Made by a program: the position numbers and the translations under genes
Source: Eledone cirrhosa
Taxonomy: Eukaryota
NCBI GenBank assembly: GCA_964016885.1
Contig: OZ024763.1
Coordinates: 26,164,001 to 26,228,000 of the forward strand
Direction of reading: 5' to 3'
DNA: 64,000 bases
In this document: in pieces, positions 13,752 to 23,152 of the stretch
How the letters are laid out: every line of letters begins with the position of its first letter
Position numbering within the stretch: the stretch's first letter is position 1
The notes under the pieces: generated by a model
The model's input: the letters and a program-made list of their open reading frames with translations, nothing else
Told to the model about the DNA's origin: nothing
Databases searched by the model: none

Positions 13752-14087
13752 CATCATCATTCCATTTTATGTCCGCTTTTTCCCAGCTTGCAAGGGTGGG
13801 ACGGGAACGGATTCTGGCTTGATTTCTACAGCTGGATGCCCTTCCTAACACCAACCTCATTTACAGTGAGTGCTGGGTGCTTTTTTGCCGTGGCACCTCC
13901 ACGACCACTTTGCAATGGAATGATATGGACCCCAGTCCCTATCATCTCATTTCTACAGCTGAGTAAACTGGAGCAATGTGAAATAAAGTGTCTTGCTCAA
14001 GGAAACAACACATCACCCAATCTGAGAATTGAACTCACAACCTTTCGATTGCAAGGCTAATGCTCTAACCACTAAGCCATGTGCTTC
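13752..14087 (-). mobile_element. tRNA-derived SINE with RTE-type tail
   Basis: Minus-strand A box TGGCTTAGTGG, B box GAGTTCAATTC, CORE-like CCTTGAGCAAGACACTT, and tail GGACATAAAATGGAATGATGATG. Confidence 0.8.
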
Positions 14088-14107
14088 TCTCTCTATCTCT
14101 CTCTCTC

Positions 14108-14160
<53 letters not shown>

Positions 14161-14301
14161 GCACACGCGCACGCGCACGTGCACGCGCACACACAGTTCC
14201 TCAGTGAAATAACAACCCAACCTGAAACTGGGCATATCAGAGTATTGACAAAATTATACACCTCAACAACATATGTACTTGTCTCTACCACACTAATTCG
14301 G

Positions 14302-14356
14302 ACTGCCTGAAGAGGTCACAGCCAAAGATGGCTGTCACCGAAATATATATAGCAGT
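14302..14356 (+). ncRNA. Minimal type I hammerhead ribozyme, family D
   Basis: ACTGC-CTGAAGA-GGTcACAGCCA-aaga-TGGCTGTcACC-GAA-ATATATAT-A-GCAGT, followed directly by AATAAA. Confidence 0.85.
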
Positions 14357-14499
14357 AATAAACGAAGCTAAATTTTAAACATTTGACTTTTTATTTTATT
14401 TTATTTTACATTACTCCGGAGTAACCAAACCAACCTGCGCACTTCGTCGGGTGCTCCAGCCTGCATACTGAGGTGTTGGTATACAACCAACATATACTC

Positions 14500-14535
<36 letters not shown>

Positions 14536-14625
14536 ATATGATGAATTTAGATTACTATAATGTCAGAGGCACAAAAGCCAATGCAATTTTTCGATCTTTT
14601 ATATTCAATTATATATATATATCTG

Positions 14626-14664
<39 letters not shown>

Positions 14665-14831
14665 AGATTATAAAAGAAAAACGAACATAGATATGTACAT
14701 ATGTGTTCAAATCGTAAGGGACCAGATTCGCTAAGGTGAAAAGAATACTAACTATAGACAATTGGGTTTGCTTGTCAATTTAAGAAAAAAATCAAGAAAA
14801 TAAATACAAACCAGAATTGTGGTAACCACCG

Positions 14832-14909
14832 ATCACCCAGACAACTTGTTGTTGTTTCGCAATGTTAATTGTGAATAGAATTACCAATTCAAGCTCATCA
14901 GTGGGTGAT
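14832..14909 (-). ncRNA. Type I hammerhead ribozyme (left arm)
   Basis: ATCACCCA-CTGATGA-GC...GC-GAA-ACAAC-aacaa-GTTGT-C-TGGGTGAT. Confidence 0.85.
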
Positions 14910-15044
14910 GAATTAGTATCCTAGACACTTCTAAGTATATTAAGAAACTGAGTAGTGTGCTATATATATATAATAGCGCACATGGCATCCTAGCGCGTCT
15001 TAATAGTTTCTTAAAATACTTAGAAGTGTCTAGGATACTAATTC

Positions 15045-15122
15045 ATCACCCACTGATGAGCTTGGATTGGTGTTTCTATTCACAATTAACATTGCGAAAC
15101 AACACCAAATTGTCTGGGTGAT
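15045..15122 (+). ncRNA. Type I hammerhead ribozyme (right arm)
   Basis: ATCACCCA-CTGATGA-GC...GC-GAA-ACAA-caccaaa-TTGT-C-TGGGTGAT; GUC site at 15112-15114. Confidence 0.85.
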
Positions 15123-15525
15123 TGGTGGTTACCACAATTCTGGTTTGTATTTATTTTCTTGATTTTTTTTCTTAAATTGAGACAAGCAAACCCTATTGTC
15201 TATAGTTAGTATTCTTTTCACCTCAGTGAATCAGGTCCCTTGTGATATGAACACATATGTATATATCTGTGTTCGTTTTTCTTTTATATTCTATTATAAT
15301 ATATGGCTCGGAAATATCTCTTTCTTAGAGCTATTTTATTGTAAGAGACTATTTTGAGTTCCTAACTCAATATATACCTTTGATATATATATATATATAT
15401 GGCTTCTTGCTACAATACTTTCTATACCTTTCATTTATATATATCTATATATATATATGGCTTCTTGCTACAATACTTTCTATACCTTTCATTTATATAT
15501 ATCTATATATATATATAAAGTTTAA

Positions 15526-15680
15526 TATAGAAATGGCTTCTACAGGACTAGAACTGTTGCATTCAAAAGAAATCATTTAGTCCTTTAGAAGCCATTTCTA
15601 TATCAAACTTGATGTTTACACTCTACTAATGTATTGAGCACCTTACTTACTGTGGTTACCCCCGATTGAACCCGGGACTC
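15526..15680 (+). mobile_element. Family A copy 3 (internally deleted hairpin)
   Basis: ATATAGAAATGGCTTCTACAGGACTAG...TAGTCCTTTAGAAGCCATTTCTATAT, then the shared ATGTATTGAG..CTTACTTACTGTGGTTACC tail. Confidence 0.65.
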
Positions 15681-15689
15681 ACACACACA

Positions 15690-16128
15690 GGGTAAAGACC
15701 TCCTTTGGTCATGAATGACCATGAGATTTGCACTTAGAAAGTTACCCTCCATCACACAAGTCTGGGCAAGGTTGTTTGTGGAAGACCAGCAGTCGCCCAT
15801 ACATACCAGTGTCCCCTCCTCACGCCACTGATGATGTCCATGGGAAAGACTGCTCAATTCAGCTTGGCACCAGTGACGTCACAACTTACACACTATGTAC
15901 ATTATATATACACCATATATATATACACTATATATGATGTTGTCCAAGGGAAAGGCTATGGCTGATACAGCTTGGCACCAGTGACGTCACAACTCATTTT
16001 TACAGCTGAGTAAACTGGAGCAGCATGAAATAAAGTGTCTTGCTCAAGGACACAACGCATCATCCGGTCTGAGAATCAAACTCACAATTGGAAGCCCAAC
16101 GCTCTAACCACTAAGCCATGTGCCTTCA
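15690..16128 (-). mobile_element. tRNA-derived SINE with internal duplication
   Basis: A box TGGCTTAGTGG at about 16109-16119, GTGTCCTTGAGCAAGACAC core, and duplicated CAGCTTGGCACCAGTGACGTCACAACT. Confidence 0.75.
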
Positions 16129-16137
16129 CACACACAC

Positions 16138-16798
16138 ATCATCATCATCATCATCATCATCATCATTTTACGTCCGCTTTTCCCTGCTTGCAAGGGTGGG
16201 ACGGGTCTTATTCAGCACAGCATCTCTCCACTCGTCATGGTCCTTCGTCATCTCCACCGTGAGCTTCAATGATCTGAGGTCTGTTCTCACCACCTTCGCC
16301 CATGTTTTTCGTGGTCTACTTCTACCACGTCTTCCTTCAACTGGCATTTCCTGGCACTTCTTCACCCATCGGTCATCTTCCATGCGCATCACATATCCAT
16401 ACCACTTCAGTCTCATCTCCCGTACACTACATTCTATCCCTCTCAGACACAGTTTCTCTCTCAACACATTTATGCTGGGTCGTTCACGCACATTTACACT
16501 GCACATCCAACGGAGCATGCTTGCCTCATTTCTCTCCAGCCGTCGCATATCCTCTGCAGTTGCTGCCCATGTCTCACTACCATGCAGCATCGTGCTCCTC
16601 ACACAGGCATCGTACAACCGGCCTTTCGTACACAGGGAGAAACCCTTCTTCGTCAACAGAGGAAGCAGCTCCCTAAACTTCTTCCAACCCGTCCATATTC
16701 TAGATACTATGGCCTCGGAACACCCTCCTCCCATGCTAATCTGATCTCCTAGGTACTGGAAGCTATCCACCACTTCTATAGCGCCCTCCTGCATTTGA
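16138..16798 (-). mobile_element. RTE-clade LINE, 5'-truncated, with an open 208-aa C-terminal ORF segment
   Basis: EVVDSFQYLG...KGRLYDACVRSTMLHGSETW...RLKWYGYVMRM...GRSRPRKTW; (GAT)n tail. Confidence 0.92.
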
Positions 16799-16853
16799 AA
16801 AATGTGTCTATCAATGCGACTTATAGTGCAGATTGGTATAAATATCCACGGGT

Positions 16854-17480
16854 TTAACCCTTTAACATTTACATTGCCCTATATTTACTATTGTATTTTC
16901 ACAGTAAAGGCTTTATCTCACATAACATTTACATTACTCTATATATACTATTATATTTTCACAGTAAAGTCTTTCCCTCACATAATATTGAATCTATGAG
17001 ATTTTGATATTATTTATATTGAGAACAATGCCTTAACATCAGTATGAGTGGCCAGTTGTAGCCCGTTTGAACAGAAAGAGGTGAGAGAATTCTGGCTGGA
17101 TACGGCCGGTTTAAATGCTAAAGGGTTAACCCTCTAGCATTTACATTACTCTATATTTACTATTGTATTTTCATGCTAAAGGCTTTATCTCACATAATAT
17201 CGAATCTATGAGATTTTGATATTTATTTTGTATAAGTGGCCAGGTGCAACTGGTTTGAACAGAAAGAGGTGAGAAAACTCTAGCTGGATGCAACCAGTTT
17301 AACCCTTTAGCATTTACATTACTCTATATATTTACTAGTGTATTTTCGTAGTAAATGGTATCTTACATAATTATCTCGCATAATATTGAATCTATGAGAT
17401 TTTGATATTATTTATTTTGAGAACAATACCCTAACATCAGTATGAGTGGCTGTTTATGGCTGCTTTAAATGCTAAAGGGT
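16854..17480 (+). mobile_element. Three tandem piggyBac-type MITE copies joined at shared TTAA sites
   Basis: TTAA-CCCTTTAACATT...AATGCTAAAGGG-TTAA-CCCTCTAGCATT...TTAA-CCCTTTAGCATT...AATGCTAAAGGG. Confidence 0.8.
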
Positions 17481-17657
17481 GAGAGCACTCAGTCCATGGG
17501 ACGTGTTATGTATACTCCGTCGCAATATAACAGAATAAATGAGTTGATGTTTAAACCCATCCTCATCATCTTCGTATGTCGTATTTGAGTTTGTCACTGT
17601 TGTAACTGGATATATATATGTGTGCATATATATATATATTTATATATATATATGTAT

Positions 17658-17738
<81 letters not shown>

Positions 17739-17748
17739 AACGAGTAGG

Positions 17749-17843
17749 ACCCCGATGGCTGAGCTCAAGCCGTTTCGACGGCTAATTCTGGACTAAATAA
17801 AATTTTTATCCTGGTATTTGAATAGCCGAGCTTCTCAGGGGGT
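17749..17843 (-). ncRNA. Hammerhead fold, family E (two core substitutions)
   Basis: ACCCC-CTGAGAA-G..CGGCTA...TAGCCG.C-GAA-AC-GGCT-tgagctc-AGCC-ATC-GGGGT. The inverted partial copy at 17955-17981 retains AGCC-GTC-GGGGT. Confidence 0.65.
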
Positions 17844-18189
17844 AATTCCATATATATATGGTAAAAGTGATTGTCACAAGGATTGGTCAAAAGTTTGTTG
17901 TTGAGACATAATAATTCTATCATGGCAATTTGTGGAGGGAAGGGGTAGCTGAACCAGCCGTCGGGGTCCTACTCGTTTCTATTACCCACTCTACTACCCT
18001 AAGTATTGAGTACTTTGGTGCGTTATGGTCCACCTGGTTCCTTACCACACTTCCTTCGTTATATATATATATATATATATATAAATATTTACACATACAC
18101 CAATTAAACAAAGTCACAGGTATATATGTGTTTTTGCAACTTTTCACAATGTGGCTCAATGGAGAATTAATAAATTAATCAGAGCGAAA

Positions 18190-18260
18190 TACTATAGAGT
18201 AAAGCATGTCCAGAGAATGTATTATCAAATAATTCTCTGGACATGCTTTACTCTATAGTA
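18190..18260. repeat. Perfect inverted repeat, arms about 29 bp
   Basis: TACTATAGAGTAAAGCATGTCCAGAGAAT...ATTCTCTGGACATGCTTTACTCTATAGTA. Confidence 0.9.
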
Positions 18261-18409
18261 TATATATATATATATGCATGCACACATATATATATATATA
18301 CATATATATGTATATATATATTCATACATATGTATATATATATATATATATATACATACATACATACATATATATATATACAAATATATATATACTCACG
18401 CATGCATGC

Positions 18410-18496
18410 ACACACACAACTATGCTTGTGTAGTGGCACTCACACATATACACATATATATACACACACACACAACTATGCTTGTATAGTGGCACT

Positions 18497-18528
<32 letters not shown>

Positions 18529-18561
18529 ACTATGCTTGTGTAGTGGCACTCACACATATAC

Positions 18562-18594
<33 letters not shown>

Positions 18595-18626
18595 ACTATG
18601 CTTGTATAGTGGCACTCACACATACG

Positions 18627-18660
<34 letters not shown>

Positions 18661-18742
18661 ACTATGCTTGTATAGTGGCACTCACACATGCACACACACA
18701 CACACACACACACAACTGCTTGTATAGTGGCACTCACACATG

Positions 18743-18777
<35 letters not shown>

Positions 18778-18796
18778 CTGCTTGTATAGTGGCACT

Positions 18797-18839
<43 letters not shown>

Positions 18840-18855
18840 ATACTTGTATAGTGTG
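18410..18855. repeat. Minisatellite, about 8 copies of CAACTATGCTTGTRTAGTGGCACT plus variable (CA)n
   Basis: Directly visible. Confidence 0.9.
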
Positions 18856-19189
18856 ACACACACATACAAACATATATACACACACATATATATATATATA
18901 TATACACACACACATATACATACACTCTTCGTATTTATTTACAATGCATAAAAGTGTCAAGGTTGTATTTTGCGAAAACTATTGTGCCAACGCAATATAT
19001 TACTGGTATGTTAGGGTGGTGGAATGGGAGAAATCGGTAGAACATCGGTTAAAATGCCATTGTGATGTTTATTCTAATCCCACGAAGGTCAACTTTGCCT
19101 TTCATCCTTTCAGTGTCGATAAAATAAAGTACCAGTAACACACTGGGGTTGATTTAATCAACTTTGCTCTCCCCATAAATTGCTTTCTT

Positions 19190-19720
19190 TTCTCATTATT
19201 AAGCTGGTGTTTGGAACATAACTTAAAGGTTCTTACATAAAATTATGATGGAAGGTTTTGAGATTGATATATATCTAATGAAAAATAGTAGCTACAATTT
19301 TCAAACGATTTCGAAAATAATCAAGGATTTGGAGGGATTTAGTAATATAACTTTCTTGTTAAGTTGGTGTTTGGAACATAACTTAGCAAAGGTTCTTAAC
19401 ATAAAATTATGATGGAAGGTTTTTAGATAAATATAAACACTTTAACCCTTTCTTTACAATATTTCTAATGAGGTAGTGATTATAATTTTGAAAATAATCA
19501 AGAATTTGGAAGGATTTAGTTGATATAACTTTCTCATTATTAAGTCGTTTGAGTTGTTATTTAAAATAAAATTGTAATGGAAGATTTTTAGATAAATATA
19601 TACACTTTAACACTTTCATTACTGTATTTTTAATGAAAGACTATGGTTTTCAAACAATTTTGAAAATAATCAAGAATTTGTAGGGATTTAGTAAAATAAT
19701 TAACTTTCTTATTATTAAGT
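19190..19720. repeat. About three degenerate tandem copies of an AT-rich unit of about 180 bp, probably MITE-derived
   Basis: Recurring AAAATAATCAAGrATTTGkArGGATTTAGT and ATAAAATTATGATGGAAGGTTTT; TTAACCCTTT at about 19442. Confidence 0.6.
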
Positions 19721-19721
19721 A

Positions 19722-19906
19722 CCAAGTAATCCCAGTGGAAGGAAGACACAGTAGAGGAAGACCATGGAAAACATGGGTGGAGGTGGTGAGAGCTGACCTC
19801 AGATCGCTGAAGCTGACAGAGGAGGTGACGAGGGGAGAGATGCTGAAGAGGACCCATCCCACCCTTGCAAGCAGGGAAAAGCGGATGTAAAATGAGGAGG
19901 AGGAAG
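19722..19906 (+). mobile_element. RTE LINE 3' fragment
   Basis: Homologous to 13445-13640. Confidence 0.8.
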
Positions 19907-20014
19907 TTGGTGTTCTATTTAAATGTATGAATATAACAAATCATAGCTATAATTTTAAAGAAATAAGGAGAGAGTGACGTCCCAAAATGTATCCTCCACC
20001 TCCAACTAACTTAC

Positions 20015-20231
20015 TCTCCACCTCTTGGTCCTGGCTGACATGTTGGGGGATACATTACCCCCCCCCCCCCCCGGAGGATGGTGAGGGAGACACACTGGAA
20101 CAGCCACTCCACCTCGTGGTGCTTGTGCCTGTTGGCAACCAACCCTGCTCCAATACCAGTGAGTAGGGATGTTGTCTAGGGGGTTGCCAAGGATGCTGGA
20201 AGTCTCCATTGCTACAGGCTCTACTACAAAC
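20015..20231 (-). CDS. Possible isolated host exon (unknown protein)
   Basis: Unique GC-richer sequence with an open frame FVVEPVAMETSS...RTKRWR, bounded by ctctctgatAG and GTAAGT. No recognisable domain. Confidence 0.25.
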
Positions 20232-20304
20232 CTATCAGAGAGCGGCTGATACTTATATAACTTAACCTTTTACCATTTACATTAATTACTCTATATTTAC
20301 TATT

Positions 20305-21213
20305 ATAGGCGGCAAATTCGCAGATTCGTTAAGACATTGGATATGCTTTACAGTATTCGTCCCACCTCATTGCGTGCTCTAAGTTCAAAGCCCATCAGGG
20401 TCAGCTTTGCCTGTCATCCTTTCGAGGTCGATAAAAAATGTACCAGTCCAGTACTGGGGTTGATTCTTCCTCTATAGAAAAAAACCGGCTGAGTTCAGAC
20501 CTGGAGAGAGTTGGGCTCTGCCAGGTTTAAAAGTGCCCTAGACATGATGTATGATGGTTCCTCTATAACTCCACAAGGAGTTATGACATCTTTATCCTCT
20601 ATATATACTATTGTACTTTATAGTAAAGGCTTTACCTCACAATTATCTCACATAATATGAAATCTATGAGATTTGGATATTATTTATTTTGAGTGGATTG
20701 GCAGTATCGGTAGAGAGTCAGATGCCATGCTTTGCAGTAAAGAGTTACGGCCCTTTATGATCTGAGTTCAAATCCCGCCGAGGTTAACTTTGCCTTTCAT
20801 CCTTATGGGGGTCGATAAAATAAAGTACCAGTAATACCCTGGGATAATTGCTGGCCTTGTGCCAAAAGTAGAAACAATTATTTATTTTGAGAACAATACC
20901 TTAACATCAGTACGAGCAGCCGGTTACAGCCGGTTTGAACAGAAAGAGATGAAAGAATTCTGGCCGGACACAGCCAGTTTAAATGCTAAAGGGTGAAGAA
21001 AGGTTCTTAGATAACATTATTATTGTGGATTGGCAGTATCGGTAGAGGGTTGAACGCCATGCTTTCCAGCATAGTTACGTCCCTTTACGATCTGAGTTCA
21101 AATCCCCTCCGAGGTTAACTTTGCCTTTCATCCTTACGGGGTCGATAAAATAAAGTACCAGTAATGTACTGGGTAATTGCTGGCCTTGTGCCTAAAGTAG
21201 AAACAATTATTAT
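20305..21213 (+). mobile_element. Three tRNA-derived SINE copies (about 20305-20470, 20695-20885, 21025-21213) interleaved with a piggyBac-type MITE
   Basis: TGGCAGTATCGG A box, GAGTTCAAATCC B box, GCCTTTCATCC..GGGGTCGATAAAATAAAGTACCAG; MITE end AATGCTAAAGGG at about 20982-20993. Confidence 0.75.
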
Positions 21214-21407
21214 TAATGTAGGCATATGCACACACATGCGTCAGCATATTGACAAAAACCCTAATATATATATATAATAAGGAAATGAAGTTTCAGTTTG
21301 CGTTTTTATTGATCATTGACCTGAATAAAACTTTTCTTTTTATTATTATTATTATATACATCCTGAGTGTGCATCAAGTAATTCACTGAATCACATATAT
21401 ATATATA

Positions 21408-21626
21408 TCATCATCATCATCATCATTTTACGTCCACTTTTCCCTGCTTGCAAGGGTGGGACGGGAACTGATTCTGGCTCGATTTCTACAGCTGGATGCC
21501 CTTCCTAACACCAACCTCATTTACAGTGAGTGCTGGGTGCTTTTTTGCCGTGGCGCCTACACGACCACTTTACAGTGGAATGATAGGGACGCCAGTCCCT
21601 ATCATCTCATTTCTACAGCTGAGTAA
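21408..21626 (-). mobile_element. SINE with RTE-derived tail, truncated
   Basis: Matches 13752-13965; (CAT)n tail on the plus strand. Confidence 0.8.
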
Positions 21627-21781
21627 ATATATATATAATTGGTGTTGGATGCTTAAAGCGTCCATATGCGCTAGGCCATATGAGCCCTCGATGTGATATA
21701 TATATATATAGTTTTAATGTACAGCGTTGTTTGACTCAACAAGTAGTTTCCTTAGTTAGGTAGCAAGTTTGCGAGAATTTT

Positions 21782-21900
21782 TTGCAGTATTCCGAAGATT
21801 TGATCAGACACACACTGTATTTAAGGTCGAGTGACGTAATTTCGAGTGATTAGCAGCCTTTAGACTCACCTGATCAATGAAACAATTGTTAATACTGTAA
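21782..21900 (+). ncRNA. Hammerhead fold, family G (core CCGAAGA, GUU site)
   Basis: TTGCAGTATT-CCGAAGA-T-TTGATCAG...CTGATCAA-T-GAA-ACAATTGT-T-AATACTGTAA, then AATAAA. Confidence 0.7.
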
Positions 21901-22021
21901 ATAAAACCCCTTTTGTACAGCCGACCATGTTATTCTTCACTCGTGCACTACTATATATATATGTGTATATTAATAAATTGAAAATATTTTTATAACAATC
22001 CAGATAAATTTAACTGTTGAG

Positions 22022-22395
22022 TTAAAAAACACACAGTTCACGCTGTAATGTGGCCGTGTAGGTAACACGGTAAAAATCTCCCAGTCCACACTGTAAACGT
22101 GGTTGGTGTTAGGAAGGGCAGCCAGCCGTAGAAAACCCGCCAGACGTGTAGGTGTCATGACAAAAAAACACACAGTCCACGCTGTAATGTGGTCGTGTAG
22201 GTAACACAGTAAAAACCTCCCAGTCCACACTGTAAACGTGGTTGGTGTTAGGAAGGGCATCCAGCCGTAGAAAACCTGCCAGACAGTCCTATACGAGCAG
22301 GACAACCAATCTTGCCTCAAGTGGGGAAACTCCCGTCCAAACCCATGCAAGCATGGAAGATGGACGTTAAACGATGATGATGTTGATGATGATGA
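22022..22395 (+). mobile_element. RTE/SINE 3' end with an internal duplication of about 135 bp and a (GAT)n tail
   Basis: Two copies of CCCAGTCCACACTGTAAACGTGGTTGGTGTTAGGAAGGGC. Confidence 0.8.
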
Positions 22396-22485
22396 TTGAG
22401 TGCTTCATATCTGTTATAAATTTAACTTTGTTGAATATTCATCAGCAAAGCATATAACTCATTGTTTATATATATATATATATAT

Positions 22486-22588
22486 AGATTAAAGTTTAAG
22501 CAAAGAATCACTGCTTTCACCCTTAAGGGGAATTTCTGAAGATCCCGTTAAGGGTGAAATCAGCGATTCTTTGCTTAAACTTTAATCT
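22486..22588 (+). mobile_element. Fold-back element, family B, with hammerhead core at 22531-22581
   Basis: Arms AGATTAAAGTTTAAGCAAAGAATC / GATTCTTTGCTTAAACTTTAATCT; core CTGAAGA-T-CCC-gttaa-GGG-T-GAAA. Confidence 0.7.
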
Positions 22589-22623
22589 GTTCTTATAATA
22601 AATATTTGCTCTACGGGTTTTAT

Positions 22624-22665
<42 letters not shown>

Positions 22666-22793
22666 AAAGTTTTATTTAAGATTGTTGGGTTACAACGAGT
22701 AAATATTTTATAACTGATATAAAAGCACTCAACAGTTTCTGGAGTAGGTTTACGATATTAAACAAATGGAAACTATATTTATAAAACCATATT

Positions 22794-22859
22794 TATTTCG
22801 TTATATATATTTCTGGGATATCATATTAAAAATATGGTATGCCTTCCTCAGACAAAATA
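22794..22859 (-). ncRNA. Minimal hammerhead (left arm)
   Basis: Exact reverse complement of 23015-23080. Confidence 0.7.
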
Positions 22860-23014
22860 CAATACATAAGCTGTTTTATAAATAATTAATTAGTGACATA
22901 CCTTGTAATAATGCAACTTCCATTTAAAAAGTTGATTTAAAATCAACTTTTTAAATGGAAGTTGCATTATTACAAGGTATGTCACTAATTATTTATAAAA
23001 CAGCTTATGTATTG

Positions 23015-23080
23015 TATTTTGTCTGAGGAAGGCATACCATATTTTTAATATGATATCCCAGAAATATATATAACGAAATA
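23015..23080 (+). ncRNA. Minimal hammerhead (right arm)
   Basis: TATTTTGT-CTGAGGA-aGGcATAcCATATT-ttt-AATATGaTATcCCa-GAA-ATATATAT-A-ACGAAATA. Confidence 0.7.
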
Positions 23081-23121
23081 AATATGGTTTTATAAATATA
23101 GTTTCCATTTGTTTAATATCG

Positions 23122-23152
<31 letters not shown>

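Larger units (their letters stand above)
14655..15303. mobile_element. About 650-bp fold-back element (arms about 295 bp, spacer about 55 bp) carrying two hammerheads, family F
   Basis: 14655-14949 is the reverse complement of 15005-15303 with scattered mismatches. Confidence 0.85.
22751..23123. mobile_element. 373-bp near-perfect palindrome carrying two hammerheads (family C)
   Basis: Centre at 22939 with a 1-nt spacer; arms of 188 and 184 bp differ by one 4-nt indel. Confidence 0.9.

Noticed and set aside
16168-16794. 208-aa ORF as a host gene
   Set aside because: It is the C-terminal part of an RTE LINE ORF, with multiple decayed paralogues in the window.
18140-18205. GCTC...GAGC-GAAATACTATA as a further hammerhead
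   Set aside because: No recognisable CTGANGA upstream; only the adjacent inverted repeat is reported.
18410-18855. Repeat-spacer array
   Set aside because: The spacers are just (CA)n of variable length.
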